In this document: positions 1 through 12,726 of the stretch, in pieces
How the letters are laid out: every line of letters begins with the position of its first letter
How positions within the stretch are numbered: the stretch's first letter is position 1
Source: Octopus vulgaris
Taxonomy: Eukaryota
Length of the DNA: 64,000 bases
Assembly: GCA_951406725.2 (NCBI GenBank)
Contig: OX597814.1
Span: 164,796,001-164,860,000, forward strand
Direction of reading: 5' to 3'
Program-made: the position numbers and the translations under genes
The notes under the pieces: generated by a model
The model's database searches: none
Told to the model about the DNA's origin: nothing
The model's input: the letters and a program-made list of their open reading frames with translations, nothing else

Positions 1-204
1 AATAGAACTTTGAAATTATATACAAGCAACATGGAAATAAATAAATCCATAAATACTGAAGACTTTTCTACAACGATGTCCTGATGCAATGAGATACAAG
101 ACACGTTTAATAAATAGTTGATAGAAGTATATAAGAGCAGAGGAGTAGGGTTGGAGTTACAGTTCTCACTGTAATAAAATAACATTTAAAAAGGGTAAAA
201 AAGT

Positions 205-538
205 AAAGACCCCCTTCATTCATGAACGATCATACGATTGCTCTTTGAAATTCCTCCCTTAGGTACAAGTCCGGGCAAGTTTGTTTATGGAAGACCAGCA
301 GTCGACCCTGCACACCAGCCTCCCTCCCCTCCCCATGCCACTGTTGTCCAAGAAAAAGGCAACGTACGATACAGCTTGGCACCAGTGATGTTGCAACTCA
401 TTTCTACAAACGAGTAATCTGAAGCAACGTGAAATGAAGTGCCTTGCGCAAGAGGACAACACAGTCCAGTTTAGGAATCGAACTCTCTATTTCATGACTG
501 TTTGCCCGACGCTCTAACCACTGAGCCATGTATCTTCA
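205..538 (-). mobile_element. tRNA-derived SINE with CORE-like domain (decayed)
   Basis: Minus strand begins tgaagatacatggctcagtggttagagcgtcgg (A box), then gagttcgattcc (B box), then cttgcgcaaggcacttcatttcacgttgc (CORE-like). A related fragment is at 22890-23065. Confidence 0.75.
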
Positions 539-572
539 TAAAGTTTCAAAATAAAATCAGAATTAAAACAAG

Positions 573-717
573 TGCAGGCGTGGTTGTGTGACTTTTAGCT
601 TGCTTCCCAACCATGTAGCTTTGGGTTTAGTCCCACTGAGTTGCACCTTGAGTAAGTGTCTTCTACTGTTGCCCAGTCGAATAAAGCCTTGTGAGCGGAT
701 TTGGTTGGCGGAAATCA
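573..717 (+). mobile_element. SINE family A, 5' half
   Basis: gcaggcgtggttgtgtg...tagtcccactg...caccttgagtaagtgtcttctact...gccttgtgagcggatttggt matches the copies at 2429, 29817, 46978 and 59455. Confidence 0.85.
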
Positions 718-945
718 TGTATGTATGTATGTATGTATGTATGTATGTATGTATGTATGTATGTATGTATGTATGTATGTATGTATGTATGTATGTATGT
801 ATGGTGTGTGTGTGTCTGTGTATGTATGTATGTATGTATGTATGTATGTATGTATGTATGTATGTATGCATGCATGCATGCATGTATGTATGTATGTATG
901 TATGTATGTATGTATGTATGTATGTATGTATGTGTGTGTGTGTGT
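718..945. repeat. (GTAT)n/(GT)n compound microsatellite
   Basis: Direct reading; it generates the MYVC/HTYI pseudo-ORFs. Confidence 0.97.
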
Positions 946-2193
946 ATCTTTGCGTTTGCGTTTGTGTGTGTGATAGAAAATGTGTGTGTGATAGAAAATG
1001 GAATAAACAACATTTAAAAAAATTTTAAATCACTACAATTATTTAAAATCACTGAAATTGTTTCGACGCAATGATTACACAACATCTCACCAATGTACCT
1101 GTTGTGCATAGGTGAAATGTTTGTTGTAATCATTATCATACACCTAAGGTGTAAAATGTGCCTCCCCAGATGATTGTTTACTAAGTCCTTCGTCAGATCC
1201 TAATGTCATTTCACTCAGCATGAGGATGCACACACTAAATGATATGTCATTTTCAGCAGTTTACAGAGAAGATTAAACACATAGATGTAGTGACAGACAA
1301 AATACGGCTGTAGAAATTTGTCGAAACAACATCGTTCATTCAAATTTTAGTCATTATCTATTTATATATACTCTATCAAGCTGTAATAGGTAGAACTGCA
1401 TGCATTTTCTACCTCGTGTTGATGTCTGGCGTGTAGTTCTGCTAATTATAGACGATCATACTGAAGATCTACAGATAAATTATGTAAGTAAAATTACGTA
1501 ATTTGTTGATAGGGAAACATGTGTTTATGATTAATCTATATTTTTCATTTGTCTTGCTCGCTTACGTTTCTGGTGTTTGCTAAATTTTCTAGAGAGCAAT
1601 TCTTATTGGTTAAGACCATAACGGATCTTCTTCTAGCATAAGGGCTTCCACATAGTGGTAAAATTCCCTCTTATATATATATATATACTCTATTGATACT
1701 ATGGAATCCCTAATGTATACCCAGTGGCAAGAACATTTCACTGTACGATACCAGATAGTCAATAACTGTGGACGAGCTTTGTATAGCAAGAAACAAATTA
1801 TCTGCGTGGGAATTCCAATGAACTTATGTTCTAGGCAGACAGGAATGAGTGAATTCTAAATTTTGGTGCTAAGAGGAAGAGATAAAATAAACGATTTGGG
1901 TGTGCCTGTATGGATAGGGTTAAACATCAACCTACTCTAAGGGTAGAAAAGACAGAATACGGATGTTCAACATTTGTATTCGTCAGAGGTTGGACAATTT
2001 TAAATGTTGTTTAGGATATCAATATCGTCAGGAGATGAAGTATTTCTAGGATGTGATATCTTGTAAAATAAAGTGAAGACTCACTATTACAGTACTTAAC
2101 TGTTTCTTTGTTTCCTCGAAAGATCAAAATTACCCTCCATCTTTTGCGGCAAAAACATCTGGCTTCATGTCGAAAAATATTTTCACGTTTTAA

Positions 2194-2354
2194 AGCTGTG
2201 GTTCTCAATCGGGGTCCATATAACCCTTGGGGGTCCGTATGACCTTTGGGGGTCCATATAAGATATTATTGTTAAAATTTGTCTACAATAAATTGGTTAT
2301 ACTTCTGCAATACACAAAATATTTTAATTTTGTTTTTATTTAATTCCTAATAAA

Positions 2355-2429
<75 letters not shown>

Positions 2430-2583
2430 GGCGCAGGCGTGTGGTAAGAAGCTTGCTTCTCAACCACATGGTTCCGGGTTCAGTTCCATTGCGTGGCACC
2501 TTCGGCAAGTCTATTCTACTATAGCTTCGGTCCGGCCAAAACCTTGTGAGTAGATTTGTGAGACGGAAACTGAAAGAATCCTG

Positions 2584-2644
<61 letters not shown>

Positions 2645-2921
2645 TATGTATATGTTTTTGTGTCTATGTTTGTCCCCCAACATCGATTGACAACCGATGT
2701 TGGTGCGTTTACGTCCCGTAACATAGCGGTTCGGCAAAAGAACCGATAGAATAATTACTAGGCTTACAAAGAATAAGTCCTGAGGTCGATTTGTTCGACT
2801 AAAGGTGGTACTCCAGCATGGCCGCAGTCAAATGACTGAAACAATTAAAAGAAAATAGGATTGCTTTTAACATTGAAATGCTAAAAGGATCCATCCGAGT
2901 AAAATACGAGTCAAACCCATT
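2194..2921. mobile_element. hAT-like non-autonomous DNA element interrupted by (TA)n, (TAA)n and a SINE
   Basis: Left end (g)ctgtggttctcaatcggggtccatataacccttgggggtcc resembles hAT/Charlie CAGTGGTTCTCAA termini. The sequence resumes after the SINE and ends caaacccattg (decayed right terminus). Confidence 0.55.
2429..2853 (+). mobile_element. SINE family A, full length, with expanded internal (TA)n
   Basis: Head ggcgcaggcgtg..ggtaagaagcttgcttc..ggttcag; CORE-like ccttcggcaagt; internal (TA)n; tail ...ccagcatggccgcagtcaaatgactgaaacaattaaaagaa. Confidence 0.9.
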
Positions 2922-3652
2922 GACAAAAAAACCCAAATTTACAACCGACAATCACAGTAATACGATTTTGATCTAGTTTATATTCTTTCATGCCTGGAGC
3001 TGTTACACACACACTCACACTGTCACTCAGTTGTTCTGTTTATACATCATTCAATATCAAAAACTAATCATCTGTGGGTTTTGCAGTTCGTGTACGAGTA
3101 AAATAACAACATAGCTAAGAATATATGAATTAATAATTAGTTGTGTATAAAACAATATGTCTAACTATCAAAGATAGATAGCTTTCTCTTATATTCTTTA
3201 TTTCTGTTTTGTGCTGTTACAACACAGTAGGCAGTCACGGAAAGTGGCAACAGAATATCAGTTTGTCTTGGAGATGAGGTTACTATTACTTCGCCCAATC
3301 CCTCCCCTTTCCTAAAGAAAGAAACATTGAGAGTGATCTCACACGCCCCTTCTCACAGCGTAACGCAACCGATTACAAAAGAGCGAGGAAGAAAATGCGA
3401 GAGGAGACTCGACTGGAAAACGTAACCGACGCAAAATTCACCGACCAAAGAAGGATGAAAGGCAAAGTTGACCTCAACAGAGATATGAACTCAGAGTTGG
3501 TACAAATACTACAAATCATTTGCTCTACCGACTCTCCCAGTTCGGCGCCCATTTGCGAGCATAAAACTAATTAATTCAAGTATTTCCAGTACAGAGAAAC
3601 GTAATTCATATACTCTTATATGCTTTTACACGATGATCCTAAATAATGTCTG

Positions 3653-3731
<79 letters not shown>

Positions 3732-3798
3732 GTTTGTCTGTTTGTCTATCTATCTATTTATATATCCCCCCATCCTCCACAGACACACACACATTTGA

Positions 3799-3843
<45 letters not shown>

Positions 3844-3848
<5 letters not shown>

Positions 3849-4130
3849 TTTAGGGTATCTAAGAGATACCTCCACGCTGGAAATATGGAAATATCAGCCA
3901 AAATTTGACTCTACAACCACATTAAATGTTCATACAGCCCCAGGAGAGTACTGCGTGAACATTTAATGAGGTTTTAGAGTCAAGTTTCGGCTGCTATTTC
4001 CAGCGTGGAGGTATCTCTTACATACCCTAAATTATAATTTTAATAATAATTATTACCTTTGAAGGTTTTTATTTCCATGCACGCCGCTTGATAAGATCCG
4101 AATTTAAATTAACGATCGTATCCTTACTTA
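3844..4130. mobile_element. (TA)n-embedded fold-back element (imperfect inverted repeat plus unpaired tail)
   Basis: Arms about 3844-3932 and 3956-4036 are reverse complements; unique tail 4037-4130; (TA)n on both sides. Confidence 0.8.
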
Positions 4131-4135
4131 TATAA

Positions 4136-4200
<65 letters not shown>

Positions 4201-4289
4201 AATTTGAAATTTACAAAAACAAAAGACAAAGACAGGTGTATGAACAACAAGCAGGTGTATTAGTTTGACGTACGGCAAAGTGAGAAAAT

Positions 4290-4325
4290 CTTTTACGTTT
4301 CGAACTTACGCTCTTCAACAGAAAG
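4290..4325 (-). ncRNA. Minimal hammerhead-like motif (CUGUUGA core variant)
   Basis: Minus strand: cuuu CUGUUGAA gagc GUAA guuc GAAAC GUA aaag. Helix I cuuu/aaag, helix II gagc/guuc, palindromic helix III. Homolog at 47212. Confidence 0.65.
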
Positions 4326-4623
4326 GAATAAAAAAAAATAAACAGACAGAATAAAAAAAACTTGTGGATTTAGCAGTATATATACATACACACATACAGA
4401 AATATATATATATATACCCTCAATTCTATAACACCGTTTATATATATGTAAGACCAGTTTTTACACGCAAGGTACAGAAAACTTATATGTATACCATTCT
4501 GCTTAAATAATGGAACTGCAAATACAATATCCCTGCATATCTCACGTCTGTTTTCATTCCTCCACTCAACTCTCTATTTCTTTCTTCTCTAGAATAACTA
4601 TTGCTTAACCATTTTCTCACACC

Positions 4624-4671
4624 GTTTCCGATGAAGGGATAAGTAAAATATCCCGGAAACAGCTGTAAGAC
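4624..4671 (+). ncRNA. Minimal hammerhead-like motif (CCGAUGA core)
   Basis: guuu CCGAUGAA gggaua aguaaaa uauccc g GAAAC AGCU GUA agac; palindromic helix III ACAGCUGU; inside a TA-flanked element about 4415-4885. Confidence 0.7.
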
Positions 4672-4885
4672 CTTCTCATTATAAATGTTCTGATATCTTT
4701 CACAACCTTGGATTTTTATCTCATTCTGTTAATTATTATATATACGCATGCTGATACATGAGCGACGTTTAACTCCTCATTCGCATAATCACCGAACCTA
4801 GAGCTTAACTATAGTCTGTTCATAGCACTTACTCAGCATTACCTGACACCTTTGAGTCTTCTTGACACCATTACCTCTCATAACC

Positions 4886-4962
<77 letters not shown>

Positions 4963-4973
<11 letters not shown>

Positions 4974-5475
4974 ATTCGAGACAAAACCACTATTTTAAAA
5001 CCAAACAAGGAAAGACTTAATCAATACATAAAATTTTAATATAAATTAAATAAACCGCCACTACAAATGTTTCATGTCTGCTACCGACAATCTTCAGGTG
5101 GATTTTCGATCTAAAAATAGCAATATTTTAAAATATAATTTAAAATAATTTAAAATAATAATATTTTTTTACATTCTTTCATTGATAATTTTATTGTTTT
5201 ATTATTTTAAATTATTTTAAATTATATTTTAAAATATTGCTATTTTTAGATCGAAAATCCACCTGAAGATTGTCGGTAGCAGACATGAAACATTTGTAGT
5301 GGCGGTTTATTTAATTTATATTAAAATTTTATGTATTGATTAAGTCTTTCCTTGTTTGGTTTTAAAATAGTGGTTTTGTCTCGAATTATATTATATAATA
5401 TTTTACTATAAAATTGGATTTAACCCTAAATCTGATTTTTCCCTGTAATTTTGGATTCATTCCCTAATATTTATT
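4963..5475 (+). mobile_element. Penelope-like pseudo-LTR fold-back element in (TA)n
   Basis: About 199-bp arms 4963-5161 and 5199-5397 (no mismatch seen by eye), 37-nt spacer, unpaired tail 5398-5475, hammerhead in each arm. Confidence 0.85.
5259..5302 (+). ncRNA. Type I hammerhead ribozyme, canonical core
   Basis: ccac CUGAAGA u uguc gguagca gaca u GAAAC auuu GUA gugg; helix I ccac/gugg, helix II uguc/gaca. Mirror copy on the minus strand at 5058-5101. Confidence 0.85.
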
Positions 5476-5489
5476 ATATATATATATAT

Positions 5490-5878
5490 GTAAGAGTTAC
5501 GGAGTAGATAATATCAAGGCTACATATGTTTCATAACGAGCAGAACCTCAGAAGTAATAAATATTCAAGCGAGGTGTATACGGCAGACTATTCTACGGCC
5601 TAAAGATCAGTCTAGGGTATACACCTCGCTTGGATACTTACCACCTCGCTATGAAACATATGTATCTTCTCCATTCCGTAACTCTTGTATTCTTTTTTGC
5701 ACACCCGGCAACCCTGGTCGACTACCGTGAAACATAAAAAACTTTTTTCAACTTATCGCACTTCCATACAAAAAAATCCACAAACATCCGTCTCAATAAA
5801 CTACTGTTATCCCGTCCTTATATTTACCTCGGATTGCTCGATTCTAACTTTTTTCCTACACCACGATCCCTGGATATT

Positions 5879-5880
<2 letters not shown>
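5490..5880. mobile_element. Older degenerate fold-back element with decayed hammerhead
   Basis: Arms about 5492-5581 and 5617-5687 (aagagttacgga../..tccgtaactctt; aagcgaggtgtatac/gtatacacctcgctt); both arms keep GAAAC-AUAU-GUA; flanked by TA and CA/TA tracts. Confidence 0.65.
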
Positions 5881-5944
<64 letters not shown>

Positions 5945-5948
<4 letters not shown>

Positions 5949-6158
5949 AAGGAAATGAAGAAAATGCTGACAAATAATTGAAGTAATTTAAGTAATTTAA
6001 TTAGGTGAAAGTTCTTTTTACCGGTTGCGCATTTGTTATGCTTATCAAAATATTTTGATAAGCATAACAAATGCGCAACCGGTAAAAAGAACTTTCACCT
6101 AATTAAATTACTTAAATTACTTCAATTATTTGTCAGCATTTTCTTCATTTCCTTTTTT
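5945..6158. repeat. Perfect 214-bp palindrome with no loop, TA-embedded, short tail to about 6197
   Basis: Axis between 6051 and 6052 (caaaat|attttg); ORFs 5807-6070(-) and 6033-6251(+) have identical N-termini for this reason. Confidence 0.95.
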
Positions 6159-6191
6159 ATATATCACCACTCGTGTTCGACATCTCCCTTT

Positions 6192-6245
<54 letters not shown>

Positions 6246-6261
6246 GTATAGAAATAGGTTT

Positions 6262-6500
6262 TGTTTTTTACTTGTTCCAATCATTAAACTGCACCCATTC
6301 TGGGGCACCGCCTTGAAGGGTGTTTAGTCGAAGGAATCAACATCAGTACTTATTTTTTTAAACCCTGGCTTTAATCTATCAAACTCTTTTGTCGAACCGC
6401 TAATTTACGGTGATATGAACACACCAGCACCGGCTGTCAAGCAGTCGTGGAGGACAAACACAGACACAAAGACACACACACATGTCCACGTGTGTGTTTG
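6262..6500 (-). mobile_element. SINE family A, 3' half
   Basis: Reverse complement of the tail seen at 2660-2853 (ctggggcaccgccttg..tagtcga..tttgtcgaaccgctaa). Confidence 0.8.
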
Positions 6501-8684
6501 TGTGTATGCGTTTGTATGCGTATATATATGTATATGTATTTACAACATATAGATATATGCATATAATACATTCATATATAAATGTATATATTTATATATA
6601 TATACATATCAATAGAAAAATATTCGGTACAGTGAAATGTCTAAAATTCATAGAGGAGTAAATGTAACATAAAACAATCAAGCTTTTTTGAAGGTCTTAA
6701 TAGCTTAAGCAACCGGAAGTTGAGAGCAGGTCACGGACTGATTAGCATATTTCCACGGCATTCACCTCGTACATTTGAAAGAAAAAAGTGAATGGTTGTT
6801 TTTATAGCGTTGATGGGATTCTTGCTGAGACATTTGTTTTGAAGCAAATCATTGCTTACATTACATCACAGCTAGTCTAATCCTATATGAGATAACCCAC
6901 AGTTATTTGATACTATCATCGTGTGGCGTGACATATTATTTTTGCGTTTTTTTTTGTCTTTTCTTTTGTACAAAAAATATGATGTGTAAAAACAATAAAA
7001 AATCACACAGATTTGGGATCTGAAGTGTTTTGCATCGACAGGATATTGTAAAACAAGGCAAGTTGGAAATAAAGCAGAACGTTCGCAATTTAATGGTTAA
7101 TACGACATCGAATGCTGTGAGTTGTCTACAGAGATGTGCAATAGAAGTACAGAGAGTAGAGATACAGTAGGGCATGGTGGGGGCAAAAGGTGAATGTTAT
7201 GCTGGCTGAACAAACAAGATGGGGTTCGGTGACGAAGCGCAATGAACAAAGATAAAGAAAAACACACGCTAGAGAGGTTATTCTTGCACACATGTAAAAC
7301 AATAATAGACGTGACACACAAGGAGGGCATTAATTGATAAAATATGGATATGTTTTGTACTATATTTTCTTCTTCTTCAATTTCACTTAAGGTTTATTGG
7401 CGTTTTTTTTTTCTATAATTCAACAGCAGCCACTCATGGAGTTTTGGGTATTATCGTGCTTGTTATTATGTTTCAGTTTCATATTAGCATAAGTTCATGT
7501 CGCGTGTGAAAAATGTCATGTAAGATTCTCCATTTTTCTTCATCTAAACTCGTGTGCTTTAATGACTAAAAAATTTACTGTAGCTGATAATTTGGAATTA
7601 GATGGTCTCCCTTGTCTGACCTGTTCTTTTGACACTGAATAAAAGCAAACGATAATGGGTTTTTTTCCATGTCGACCCTCTTTGTTTAAACAATTATCAA
7701 AAGTGTTGAGCCTATATTTTTAAAAGCATCTTATTTTGTACCTTTTACATCATTTTAAAGGTATAATGTAACCATGACTACATTTTCCAAGCTGTCCATT
7801 TTAAGACGACACAGTACGATTTGAGGGAGATTTGCTGCTATTTCTGGTTGGCTAAACAATCGTGTTGTTGTTCATCTAGATAACTTGTAAATGCGAGAGT
7901 GTTTAGTGGGACTTCGATGACTCAGTGACATTTCAACGATCTTTTCAGTTGTAATTTTTGGTGTGTTAAAACAGATGTGATGCAAAAGTAATTTTGGTAA
8001 TTTATAGCGTGTACGACAATTTTTCAAATACTAATTATCGGTATATTATTTTAAAAATTAAATCATTAATCTCCTGATATCATTTGTTTAGATAGTGAAA
8101 TACAAATGGGTCAACCACGTCGCATGATGGTGGTCGTTTCATGTTGTTTTCACGGACGTTGTTTCAGAAATAGCTTGAGAAGACCCTGTGTACGTGACTC
8201 ACACGCTTCTTTGAAAAGTATACATTTACACGCATTGAATATTAAATAGACAGAAAAAAAAACTTGCTTCTCAAAAAGTAGAAACAGCTAGCATTTAAAA
8301 CTTGTGTAAATTGGCAGAACAATATTATGAAACTCTATTTATAACTGTTTTTAAACTCGGTAGATGGCAGAATTGGTAGAGAACCGAACAAAATAAAAGT
8401 AATAATTTAATTACATGTTTTTATTTTCTGAGTTGAAATATTACAGCGCCAATCTTTTTAATCTGTATTGGATTGGTGAAGCTGAGGATCGACCGAAAGT
8501 ATTGCTCCCTACCCAATTAAAAAATGTTATTTAGAAGTTTTAGTTGTGTCACTTTTACCTTTTTAATTCAATTCATAAAAAAATATATTCCACTTATCAT
8601 GCTCCCTGGATTGCGGGAGACTACATCTCCAGCAATCTCCAACAGACTATCACACTGTGCCGTTCTAAACAATTTTTTGGTTAT

Positions 8685-9572
<888 letters not shown>

Positions 9573-9574
9573 TA

Positions 9575-10175
9575 GCCTACATTGCGCATCAGCGTGACAG
9601 TCCCGCACATGATAGAGTGATAGGCAGCTTTTCCTTACGAAGACGACTGTGACGTCAAACAACTACCTTAGTATGTGGGACCTGTAAGTAGAGTCACAAA
9701 TACAGGATGTAGGTACAGCTATCATCTTTTAACACGACGGGGCATCTCCACGCTACAGCAGAATTGCTCGTGACTTTCTGGATAGGACCTTTCAACTGCG
9801 GTAGATAGGAAGAGGTGGAAGGAAGGCATGTCCTCCACGATCGCTGGATCGCACGCTTTTAGATTTTTAACTCTGGAGTTATATCAAGCAACAAGTGTAC
9901 AGTGTTACCGGCACTGGGCACTTGAGGAAGAGAATCAGTGACGCTGTTCAATCTGTTACACCTGATAGTCTTCGTCGTGTGTGGCAAGAACTTGAGTATC
10001 GATTAGACGTGTGTAAGGCATTATCAAATGAAAGCATTATCAAACTATGCTAAACTGTACGTAAGCTAAACTGTATGTAATTTGGTTTCTTTTTCAGCAT
10101 GTATATGAAATGTGTAGCCTTGCAAGTTACTTCAATAGTTTTGAAATCCCACCATGACTTTATGGACCACCGTGT
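9575..10175 (+). pseudogene. Tc1/mariner-superfamily transposase C-terminal relic
   Basis: From 9721 translates IIF*HDGASPRYSRIARDFLDRTFQLR*IGRGGRKACPPRSLDRTLLDF*LWSYIKQQVY (cf. FQQDGAPPH...WIGRGG..WPPRSPDLTPLDFFLWGY); ends in TIR-like gactttatggaccaccgtgtta. Confidence 0.85.
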
Positions 10176-10788
10176 TATTATTGCATATGTTGTATTACGT
10201 AAGACCATATTTTCATAAGCTTTCTACTGTGTCTGTGTGTTTAGGCGCTGTTCGTCTATTTAACTTCATTTCTATTATACCCATTCTAATTTGCTACTTC
10301 CCTCCCCTTATCTCCAAGCTAAATAACGTCACATCACATATACACATATACATACACATATGTTTCTCTGGGCCTCAGTTTCTATAGATTCTCCTCTCCT
10401 TCGCAATCATCGTGGTTTACGTTTCAATCCGCTGCATGATATCATAGGCAAGTGTTATATTGTATAGTAACGAGTCGACACAACTTGCAAGACGAAAATA
10501 GTAGGAGCCCATCGAATGATGTCACCTGTAATTCTACCGGTTATTGAAGATATGGATACTTCTAGATTGACGAATTTTGAAACTCCTTTATCCAAATGAA
10601 AATTATATCTTTTCTGGATGCTAGGAGTCAACCATTGAGTTCATTAAACCCAGCATTTTAGTTTCTGTCTTTCGCTTTCCGTTTTTCGTTTTCCATTGTT
10701 TACTGTCTGCGTTTTCTATATGCTGCGGTCTCAGTTTTTTTCGCGTTTCTTCTATTATTCAGTTTCTTTAGCTTGTTATATGTGGTTT

Positions 10789-10841
10789 GCGCCTGAAGAA
10801 TATGATTGAGTTCTCTCAGCATATGAATCAATTGGTAGCTC
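10789..10841 (+). ncRNA. Hammerhead-like motif with one core mutation
   Basis: gcgc CUGAAGA auaug auugag uucu cucag cauau GAAUC aauug GUA gcuc; long helix II, CAAUUG palindrome in helix III, AATAAA about 25 nt downstream, then a TA-rich tract. Confidence 0.65.
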
Positions 10842-10980
10842 TTTAATACATGTATTGTGACTTTTAAATAAATAACATATATCCCTCACCAGATGGAGTA
10901 ATTTTTTGTTGAAGGATCAGTACATATATATAAATATGCATATCAGTCTGTCTAACTCTCTCTCTCTCTCTTTATATATA

Positions 10981-11092
<112 letters not shown>

Positions 11093-11198
11093 CATATGTA
11101 TATATAAAGAGGGAGAGAGAGAGAGAGAGAGATAGGTAGGTACATAGATAGATAAAACTTGGAAGAGGATGCGTGGCGTTCAGTCATAAAATAATATA

Positions 11199-11259
<61 letters not shown>

Positions 11260-11261
11260 AT

Positions 11262-11889
11262 TTATATTATTATATGATTGAACGCCACGCATCCTCTTGC
11301 AAGTAAGTTTTATCTTAATAATTCTGATGCGTATTCTATGCGATTTTTTTACTTTTTCGTTTTTCTCTCGTTTTCTCTCTCTCATTCTTTTACCCCGTCT
11401 TCTCCCACTATTCTATCCAATTACTCTGTCACTCTCTCTCCCTCACTTCTTCCTTGCTCACGCGGATCCCACGTGATCATCGGCCATCTTTCTATCTTTC
11501 TCTCAGTTGTAACTGGAACAAGGAAGACGTGTTCTTGTTTGTCTCCTGCCCTAGCTTGATTTACGCGTTCGCCACCACAACCTCGTTTAGGCTTAGCAGC
11601 CCTTCCTGTTTGTTTTCACTGTTCTGTTTGTGTTACCAATTTTGACCCTCTGGAAAAATTTCAAATTTTATTTAATTTGTTTTGCGGGGTAAACTGTTTT
11701 ATCGAAAGCGTATATTGTTGTTAAATGCCCGAAATACGAGGCTAGAAAAACAGCCAACAACTGATGAAGGGTTGTTCTTTATGTTGTTTATTCTGTTTTC
11801 CATTTGTGTCTTTCGTTGTTCGAAAGAATAGTACATGTTCCATGTATTCGTGCTTCGTACTCTTTTGTTGCAGACGTTTCGTCACATCC

Positions 11890-11893
<4 letters not shown>
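11262..11893 (+). mobile_element. Unclassified (TA)n-flanked interspersed repeat (copy 1)
   Basis: Homologous to 20622-21292(-): attgaacgc.acgcatcc..tt.caagtaagttt, cacgtga.catcg.ccatcttt, aaacagcc.acaactgat.aagg. Confidence 0.75.
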
Positions 11894-11932
<39 letters not shown>

Positions 11933-12288
11933 TTTGAATACAAGCACACACACACACACACATACCTGTGTACGTGTGCGTGTGTAAGTCTATATACGGG
12001 GTGCAATTAGTAATAACGGAAAATGGAATTCTTTAGAATAAAAATATTAACTTCCAACAAAAGCACAACAGGGCAAATTCTCTATAAATGCTTTATTGAT
12101 TATATCGGGATCAATGCTTGACTGCTAATTATTTTGTCGACCTTGTAAACAAAATTTACTTGGAATGGATTTTGACCTTGCCATATTGTTTGCTACAGTT
12201 TCCGATACATACATATATATATATGAGGGAATATTATTCATATGCATATATGCATATATACGTATGTATACACACACACACACACATA

Positions 12289-12384
<96 letters not shown>

Positions 12385-12685
12385 CATACGTATATATGCA
12401 TATATGCATATGAATAATATTCCCTCATATATATATATGTATGTATCGGAAACTGTAGCAAACAATATGGCAAGGTCAAAATCCATTCCAAGTAAATTTT
12501 GTTTACAGGGTCGACAAAATAATTAGCAGTCAAGCATTGATCCCGATATAATCAATAAAGCATTTATAGAGAATTTGCCCTGTTGTGCTTTTGTTGGAAG
12601 TTAATATTTTTATTCTAAAGAATTCCATTTTCCGTTATTACTAATTGTACCCCGTATATAGACTTACACACGCACACGTACACAG

Positions 12686-12726
<41 letters not shown>

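Noticed and set aside
1457-1510. CUGAAGA followed by the palindrome aaattacgtaattt
   Set aside because: GAAA absent and helices I/II unconvincing; cannot be told from chance in AT-rich DNA.
3844-4036. Hammerhead inside this fold-back (also 32091 and 32532 hairpins)
   Set aside because: No CUGANGA in the right position; reported only as inverted-repeat elements.
6682-6722. ttgaagg-cttaa-tagc-ttaag-caaccggaag, hammerhead-like spacing
   Set aside because: Three or more core deviations and no NUH site.
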